This document shows positions 57,944 to 64,000 of a stretch of 64,000 bases of DNA, piece after piece. The notes under the pieces were generated by a model. That model had not been told where the DNA came from. It searched no databases and saw only the letters and a list, made by a program, of their open reading frames with translations. This DNA is from an uncultured beta proteobacterium (GTDB taxonomy: Bacteria; Pseudomonadota; Gammaproteobacteria; Burkholderiales; JAEUMW01), in NCBI GenBank assembly GCA_963734295.1, contig CAVTGS010000019.1:19437-83436 (forward strand), given 5' to 3'. The position numbers and the translations under genes were made by a program. Numbering within the stretch: position 1 is the first letter of the stretch; every line of letters begins with the position of its first letter.

Positions 57944-57996
57944 TATCGCAGTTGCAGGGACGGGAGGCTCGCCCGATGATGACGTACGCCTGACCG

Positions 57997-58440
57997 ATGC
58001 GAAGGTTCGAGGATTATCTCGGCTCCGGTGATGCCTTGCGTCGCCTGAACCAGGAGGCAGGCCGGCTGGCCGAGCTCGATCGGGCCTACCGGCAGGCCAT
58101 ACCGGAAGCGCTGGCCGAGGCGAGCGGGGTGAGTCACCTCGACGCGGGAACGCTCTTTCTGTGGGCCGATGGCGGCGCAGTGGCGGCCAAGCTGCGGCAG
58201 CTCACCCCTATGGTGCTCGCCAAGCTCAGGCAACGGGCTCCGGAATGCACGGCCATCCGCGTGACGGTGCTCGTGGGCGGGCGGCAGGCCCTGCACCGGC
58301 GCGGCGTCCGACCGCGCATCGGGGGAGGTGGGGTCGAAGCGCTGCGGGGGCTCGCGAGCTCTCTGCCGCCATCACCGCTCAAGGCGGCGCTCTCCCGGCT
58401 CGCCGCGCGCGGGCGCGGCAGATCAGAGAATGGGGAGTAG
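57997..58440 (+). CDS. dciA: DciA (DUF721) family helicase-loader protein
   Basis: [22 protein letters not shown]; [10 protein letters not shown]; usual position between secA and lpxC. Confidence 0.8.
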   Translation: MRRFEDYLGSGDALRRLNQEAGRLAELDRAYRQAIPEALAEASGVSHLDAGTLFLWADGGAVAAKLRQLTPMVLAKLRQRAPECTAIRVTVLVGGRQALHRRGVRPRIGGGGVEALRGLASSLPPSPLKAALSRLAARGRGRSENGE

Positions 58441-58611
58441 CAGGCGCTCCGCCAGCATGAGCAGCCCGATCGCCGCCGCGAGCACTGCGCTGAACTTGAA
58501 GACCTGCCAGGCGAACCGCAGCCACCGGCGGTCCCACGTCACGAAGTAGGCGACCACCGCCACGCCGATGATGGCGAGTGCGATCACGGCGACGAAGCGC
58601 AGGACCACCAT
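58423..58611 (-). CDS. small two-TM hypothetical membrane protein (62 aa)
   Basis: [62 protein letters not shown]; GC-rich third positions; downstream of lpxC. Confidence 0.7.
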   Translation of the reverse strand: MVVLRFVAVIALAIIGVAVVAYFVTWDRRWLRFAWQVFKFSAVLAAAIGLLMLAERLLLPIL

Positions 58612-58670
58612 GGCGTGGACTCGAAAGGCGTCGCGCAGCCGGATCGGCGCGCGGCTCCAGCCAGCAGCCG

Positions 58671-59585
58671 TCAGGCCGCCATCCGGAACTGCTGCTGCAA
58701 TGCCTGCGGCGCCAAGGCGGCTTCGCCGAAGCTCACGAGCTCCCACGCTTCCTTGTCTTCCAGCAACTTGCGCAGCAGTGCATTGTTGAGGGCGTGACCC
58801 GACTTGTAGGCGGTGTAGGAGCCGATCACCGGGTGGCCGAGAAGATACAGGTCGCCGATGGCATCCAGGATCTTGTGCTTCACGAACTCGTTCGCGTAGC
58901 GCAACCCGTCGGCATTCAGGATGCGGTACTCGTCCATGACGATCGCGTTGTTGAGGCTGCCGCCGAGCGCGAGCCCCTGCGAGCGCATCATCTCGACGTC
59001 GGACATGAAGCCGAAGGTGCGCGCGCGGCTTACTTCCTTCACGTAGGAGCTCGCGGCGAAATCGATCACCACATGGTTGCCGGCGCGGTCGAAGGCCGGA
59101 TGGTCGAAGTCGATACTGAAGTCGAGCCGATATCCCTCGAACGGGTCGAAGCGCACGAACTTGTCGTCCTGACGCACCTCCACCGGCTTCAGCACCCGCA
59201 CGAAGCGCTTCGGTGCCGCCTGCGCCTCGATCCCCGCCGACTGGACGAGGTAGACGAAGGGCGCGCTGCTGCCGTCCATGATCGGGATCTCGGGACCGTT
59301 CAAATCCACCCGCACGTTGTCGACTCCGAGCCCGGCGAGCGCCGACATCAGGTGCTCCACCGTGGACACCCGCACCCCGTCCTGCACGAGGCAGGAGGAA
59401 AGCCGGGTGTCCCCGACGGCGTAGGGGTTCACGGCGATCTCCAGCACGGGATCCAGGTCGACGCGGCGAAACACGATGCCCGAACCCGGCGCCGCCGGGC
59501 CGAGCACGAGTTTCACCTTCTCGCCGGTGTGAAGCCCGACGCCGGTGGCCGTAACCTGGCGCTTGAGGGTGCGCTGCCTGATCAT
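58671..59585 (-). CDS. lpxC: UDP-3-O-acyl-N-acetylglucosamine deacetylase
   Basis: [35 protein letters not shown]. Confidence 0.98.
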   Translation of the reverse strand: MIRQRTLKRQVTATGVGLHTGEKVKLVLGPAAPGSGIVFRRVDLDPVLEIAVNPYAVGDTRLSSCLVQDGVRVSTVEHLMSALAGLGVDNVRVDLNGPEIPIMDGSSAPFVYLVQSAGIEAQAAPKRFVRVLKPVEVRQDDKFVRFDPFEGYRLDFSIDFDHPAFDRAGNHVVIDFAASSYVKEVSRARTFGFMSDVEMMRSQGLALGGSLNNAIVMDEYRILNADGLRYANEFVKHKILDAIGDLYLLGHPVIGSYTAYKSGHALNNALLRKLLEDKEAWELVSFGEAALAPQALQQQFRMAA

Positions 59586-59618
59586 CCAAAAGGGTTCATA
59601 GAATATGCGAAGTCTTTG

Positions 59619-59624
59619 ATTATA
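59619..59624 (-). promoter_or_regulatory. possible -10 box of an lpxC promoter
   Basis: TATAAT in an AT-rich patch about 34 nt upstream of lpxC. Confidence 0.5.
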
Positions 59625-59666
59625 ACGTATCGGCGGGGGCGCGGCCGCCCCCGCCGGTGGCCCCGG

Positions 59667-60827
59667 TCAGTCTGCCTGCTTGCGCAGGAAGGCCGGGATG
59701 TCGAGCAGATCCACCCCCGACTGCTTCATCGCTTCCAGCGTGGCGTCCCGGTTCCGGCGCCGCATCACCGCCGGCTGCTCGAGATCCTCGTAGTTCACCA
59801 TCCCGACCGGCGCCGCGTCGGTGCCGTTTTTCACCACCAGTGTCACCTGCTGCTTGGTCTCCTTGCGTGCGATCGGCGAGCCCAGGCCGGTCGCGACCAT
59901 GGTCACCCTCAGGTCGTCGGCCAGGGTCTCGTCGATCACGGTGCCGACGATTACCGTGGCGTCGTCGGCGGTGAAGCTGCGGATGGTGTGCATCACCTCG
60001 TGCACCTCCTTCATCTTGAGCGCCGCACTCGCCGTGATGTTCACCAGCACCCCGCGAGCGCCCGAGAGGTTCACGTCCTCGAGCAGCGGACTCGCCACTG
60101 CCTGCTCGGCTGCCAGGCGCGCGCGGCCCGCGCCGGACGAGCGCGCGGAACCCATCATCGCCATCCCCATCTCCGACATCACCGTCTTCACGTCCGCGAA
60201 GTCCACGTTCACGAGACCGGGGCAGCTGATCACTTCCGCGATGCCGGCAACGGCACCGTGCAGTACCTCGTTTGCCTTGGCGTAGGCGTCGAGCAGACTG
60301 ATGTCGTCGCCCAGCACCTGCATCAGCTTGTCGTTCGGAATCACGATGAGGGAGTCCACGTGCTCCGACAGGTCTCCCAGCCCCTGCATCGCGATCTTCT
60401 GCCGCCGGCCTTCGAATGCGAAGGGCTTCGTCACCACCGCCACCGTGAGGATGCCGAGTTCCTTCGCGACTTCCGCCACGACGGGCGCGGCGCCGGTGCC
60501 GGTACCGCCCCCCATGCCGGCGGTGAGAAACAGCATGTCGGCGCCATCGATCAACTCGGCGATGCGGTCGCGATCCTCGATCGCAGACTGCTTGCCGATG
60601 TCGGGATTGGCGCCGGCGCCGAGTCCCTTGGTGATCTGAGCACCGAGCTGGATCTGCGTCTGCGCCAGGCTGCGTTTCAACGCCTGGGAGTCGGTGTTGG
60701 CGACGATGAACTCTACGCCCTGGACCCCGCGGCTGATCATGTGGTCGACCGCGTTGCCCCCGCAGCCCCCCACCCCCACGACCTTGATCACCGCATCCTG
60801 CGGTGCCCCATCCACGATCTCGAACAT
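59667..60827 (-). CDS. ftsZ: cell division protein FtsZ
   Basis: GGGTGTG, NVDFADV, DIPAFLRKQAD. Confidence 0.98.
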   Translation of the reverse strand: MFEIVDGAPQDAVIKVVGVGGCGGNAVDHMISRGVQGVEFIVANTDSQALKRSLAQTQIQLGAQITKGLGAGANPDIGKQSAIEDRDRIAELIDGADMLFLTAGMGGGTGTGAAPVVAEVAKELGILTVAVVTKPFAFEGRRQKIAMQGLGDLSEHVDSLIVIPNDKLMQVLGDDISLLDAYAKANEVLHGAVAGIAEVISCPGLVNVDFADVKTVMSEMGMAMMGSARSSGAGRARLAAEQAVASPLLEDVNLSGARGVLVNITASAALKMKEVHEVMHTIRSFTADDATVIVGTVIDETLADDLRVTMVATGLGSPIARKETKQQVTLVVKNGTDAAPVGMVNYEDLEQPAVMRRRNRDATLEAMKQSGVDLLDIPAFLRKQAD

Positions 60828-60953
60828 GTCACTGCCCTCCTTTGTATCGCACGTGTGTGAACCCGATTCCGTCGCCGCCCCGATGAGCGACCCTGACCCC
60901 ACCCTTTGCACCTCCATCTGCCACCCCTCCTCGACCGACCCGTTGCACCGATT

Positions 60954-62192
60954 TCAAAAGTTCCCCTGGAACCAGCTCTTCATTCTTCCGAGGACCGACT
61001 GGAACGATCCCGACTGCAGCTTCACGAGCTCCCGCCGCTGCTGTTGTTGCATGCCGATCAGGAGCAACCCGACCCCGGTGGAAAAGCGCGGGTTGCGCAC
61101 CACCTCCGCGAGTCCACCTTTGTAGTCGGGAATGCCCAACCGCACCGGCATGTGGAAAACCTCTTCCCCGAGTTCCACCATCCCCTGCATCTGGCTGCAG
61201 CCGCCGGTGATCACGACGCCCGACGACAGCAGATCCTCGAAGCCGCTGCGACGCAGCTCCGCCTGCACCAGCGAATAAAGTTCCTCGACCCGGGGCTCGA
61301 TGACTTCCGCCAGGGTCTGCCGCGACATCTGCCGCGGGCCGCGCTCGCCCACGCCCGGGACTTCGATCATCTGCTGCGCATCGGCGAGCTGGCGCAGCGC
61401 GCAGCCGTACCCGCGCTTCAAGTCCTCGGCGTCCTTGGTCGGCGTGCGCAGCGCCATCGCGATGTCGTTCGTGATCTGGTCGCCCGCGATCGGGATCACC
61501 GCCGTGTGCCGGATCGCCCCCTGGGAGAACACGGCCACATCGGTGGTGCCGCCGCCCACGTCCACCAGGCAGACGCCCAAGTCCTTCTCGTCCTCGGAGA
61601 GCACCGCAGTGGCCGACGCGAGCGGCTGCAAAATGAGATCGCGCACCTCGAGCCCGCAGCGGCGCACGCACTTCATGATGTTCTGCGCGGCGGACACGGC
61701 GCCGGTCACGATGTGCACCTTCACCTCGAGGCGCACACCGCTCATGCCGAGCGGCTCGCGCACGTCCTCCTGGCCGTCGATGATGAATTCCTGGTTCAGG
61801 ATGTGGAGGATCTGCTGGTCGGTGGGGATCGAGACCGCCTTCGCGGTTTCGATCACCCGATCCACGTCCATCTGCGTGACCTCCTTGTCCTTGATCGCCA
61901 CCATGCCGTGCGAGTTGAAGCCCTTGATGTGGCTGCCCGCGATGCCGGTGTAGACGTCCCGGATCTTGCAGTCGGCCATCAGCTCCGCTTCTTCCAGCGC
62001 ACGCTGGATGGCGCCCACGGTGGAGTCGATGTTCACCACGACGCCCTTCTTGAGCCCGCGCGAGGCATGGCTGCCCATGCCGATGATCTCGAGATGCCCG
62101 TCGGGCATGATCTCGCCCACGATGGCCGCGATCTTCGCGGTGCCGATGTCGAGACCGACGATCAGGTTCTTGCCTTCCCTTGCCTTTGTCAT
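60954..62192 (-). CDS. ftsA: cell division protein FtsA
   Basis: VGLDIGTAK, DVGGGTTD, VITGG, C-terminal amphipathic MKSWFQGNF. Confidence 0.98.
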   Translation of the reverse strand: MTKAREGKNLIVGLDIGTAKIAAIVGEIMPDGHLEIIGMGSHASRGLKKGVVVNIDSTVGAIQRALEEAELMADCKIRDVYTGIAGSHIKGFNSHGMVAIKDKEVTQMDVDRVIETAKAVSIPTDQQILHILNQEFIIDGQEDVREPLGMSGVRLEVKVHIVTGAVSAAQNIMKCVRRCGLEVRDLILQPLASATAVLSEDEKDLGVCLVDVGGGTTDVAVFSQGAIRHTAVIPIAGDQITNDIAMALRTPTKDAEDLKRGYGCALRQLADAQQMIEVPGVGERGPRQMSRQTLAEVIEPRVEELYSLVQAELRRSGFEDLLSSGVVITGGCSQMQGMVELGEEVFHMPVRLGIPDYKGGLAEVVRNPRFSTGVGLLLIGMQQQQRRELVKLQSGSFQSVLGRMKSWFQGNF

Positions 62193-62211
62193 GGACTGTC
62201 CGTCCGCTCCC

Positions 62212-62938
62212 CTAGCCTTTCGATTTCCCGTCGCGACCCCGCGCTTCCGGCAGGCGGATGGCGAAGCCGTTGGCGTAGCGCAGGTCGACGTGCACCACGG
62301 TCGGCGGCAGCCGCCCGAGGGTGCGGTCGTAAACCATCACGAAGCGCGCGAGCCGCGCGTCCATGTCCGACCGCCCGAGCTCGAGCGTGAGCCCGTCGTC
62401 GAGCTCGAGCCGCCACGCCGCGCGCGCCGACAGCGTGAGCCGCGCCACGTGGCGCTCGATCGGGGCGAGCGCCGCCTCGAACCGCCGGAACTGCCGCGTC
62501 ATCTCCTCGGCCTGGCCGGGCGGCCCGATGAAGGTGGGCAGCATCTGGTCGGTCGCCGCCTCGAACACTTCGCCATGCGTAGTTCACGAGCGCGGTGTCG
62601 CCCCACCGCGCGAGCGCCACATGCTCCTCGACCTCGAGCTCCAGGCGGGCCGGCCACTGCCGGCGCACCTCCACCTTGCGCACCCAGGGCAGCTTCTCGA
62701 ACTGCCGCCGCGCTTGCCCGATGTCGAGCGTGAAGAACGTGCCCCGCACCGCGTGCCTTGCCACTGCGGCGAGCTGTTCCTCGGTCACGTGCTCGAGCTG
62801 CCCCGCCACCTCGACCTCCCGCACCGCGAACGCGGGCAGCCGCGCGAGATGCAGGGCCGCGACCGCGAGCACGGCCGTCACCGCCGCCGCGATCAACAGG
62901 CTTGCAATCCGGTTCAAGAGCCGCGCGTTATCCCACAT
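62212..62938 (-). CDS. ftsQ: cell division protein FtsQ (apparent +1 indel near 62580)
   Basis: [28 protein letters not shown]; DLRYANGFA in shifted frame. Confidence 0.93.
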
Positions 62939-62974
62939 GAATCCCGTCTCCTCGAATGCGCTGCAGCGGGTTCA

Positions 62975-63888
62975 TCAGCGCGCCTGCTCGAGAATCGCCA
63001 GCACCAGGTCCTCGAAGCTGTAACCCGCGGCGCGCGCGGCCATCGGCACGAGCGAGTGGTCGGTCATGCCCGGGATCGTGTTGACTTCGAGGAAGTAGGG
63101 GTTGCCGGCACGGTCCAGCATCAGGTCCACGCGCCCGCAGCCGCGGCAGCCGGGCACCGCGAAGGCTTTCAGCACCAGTTGCTGCAGGTCGACTTCCTGT
63201 TCCTGCGGCAGGCCCGAGGGCAGGATGTAGCGCGTCGAGTCGACGAGATACTTCGCGTCGTAGTCGTAGAACGTGCGCGGCGTCTCGAGTCGGATCAGCG
63301 GCAGCGGCGTGGTGCCGAGAACGCCCGCGGTGAGCTCCGTGCCCTCGATGAACTGCTCGCCGATGATCACTTCGTCGTACTTCGCGGCGTGCTCGTAGGC
63401 ATGCGGCCAGGTCCTCGGCGCGCGTCACCTTGCTCATGCCGATGCTCGATCCTTCGCGAACGGGCTTGACCATGATCGGCAACCCGAGGGTGCGCACCAC
63501 TGCCGCGAAGTCGGTCGCGGCATCGAGACGCACCCATTTCGGTGTCGGGATGCCCGACGCCTCCCAGAGCAGCTTCGTGCGCAGCTTGTCCATCGCCACC
63601 GCGCTCGCGAGCACGCCGCTGCCGGTGTAGGGAATGCCCAGCCACTCGAGCACGCCCTGGATCGTGCCGTCTTCGCCGAAGCGACCGTGCAGCACGATGA
63701 AGGCGCGATCGAAGCCGCCTCGCGATCAGCTCCGGCAGCCCCTGATCCTGCGGGTCGAAGGCGTGCGCGTCGACACCGCGCGCCTGCAGCGCCTCGAGCA
63801 CCCGCGCACCGCTCTTGAGCGACACCTCGCGCTCGGCGGAACGGCCGCCGAAGAGCACCACCACCTTGCCGAATTGCTTCACGTCCAT
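62975..63888 (-). CDS. ddl: D-alanine--D-alanine ligase (apparent indels near 63720 and 63400)
   Basis: [42 protein letters not shown]. Confidence 0.95.
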
Positions 63889-63922
63889 GTCTTCTTCCAC
63901 TGGTTGCTCGCCCGTCGGGGCC

Positions 63923-64000
63923 TCACACTTCGCCGACGATGAATACCTCCCGCACCAGCGCGATGCCGGTGCGGCTTTCTACCGTGGCTTGCACGTGTGC
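63923..64000 (-). CDS. murB: UDP-N-acetylmuramate dehydrogenase, 3' end (window edge)
   Basis: ...[25 protein letters not shown], resembling the MurB G.xL.xEV.xxG C-terminus; upstream of ddl in dcw order. Confidence 0.75.
   Translation of the reverse strand, partial: AHVQATVESRTGIALVREVFIVGEV

Noticed and set aside
57834-57944. 36-aa minus-strand ORF ([36 protein letters not shown]) as a SecM-like leader peptide
   Set aside because: Its ATG overlaps the predicted -10 box; no SD, signal peptide or recognisable arrest motif.

Overview
GC-rich betaproteobacterial core-genome window. Gene order and the Cys-containing S4 resemble Rhodocyclales/Nitrosomonadales more than Burkholderia; this is an inference. 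Positions 777-38080 form one co-oriented minus-strand block: rpsU-yqeY-dnaG-rpoD, tRNA-Ile2, tRNA-Tyr/Gly/Thr-tuf-tRNA-Trp-secE-nusG-rplKAJL-rpoBC, then the str, S10, spc and alpha ribosomal operons. To its right lie tsaD/plsY/folB, xerD/ogt, the rpsP-rimM-trmD-rplS operon, ffh-ypjD-HlyC/CorC, pilC-pilD-coaE-zapD-yacG, the secA-argJ-ATPase-mutT cluster, dciA and the distal dcw cluster (murB-ddl-ftsQAZ-lpxC). About 18 essential genes carry small indels, most likely long-read consensus errors, so the apparent fusions in the ORF track are artefacts. I found no mobile element, prophage, CRISPR array or rRNA gene. The best leads are four. (1) An uncharacterised 2OG-Fe(II)/cupin-like gene tightly coupled to a SAM hydrolase/halogenase (DUF62) gene directly behind the alpha-operon terminator. 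(2) A promoter-to-terminator structured RNA of about 200 nt upstream of secA. (3) A recurring purine-heptamer/pyrimidine-heptamer hairpin module in three spacers, one of which expands the L10 leader. (4) A pilB-less pilCD locus with a sigma54-like promoter.
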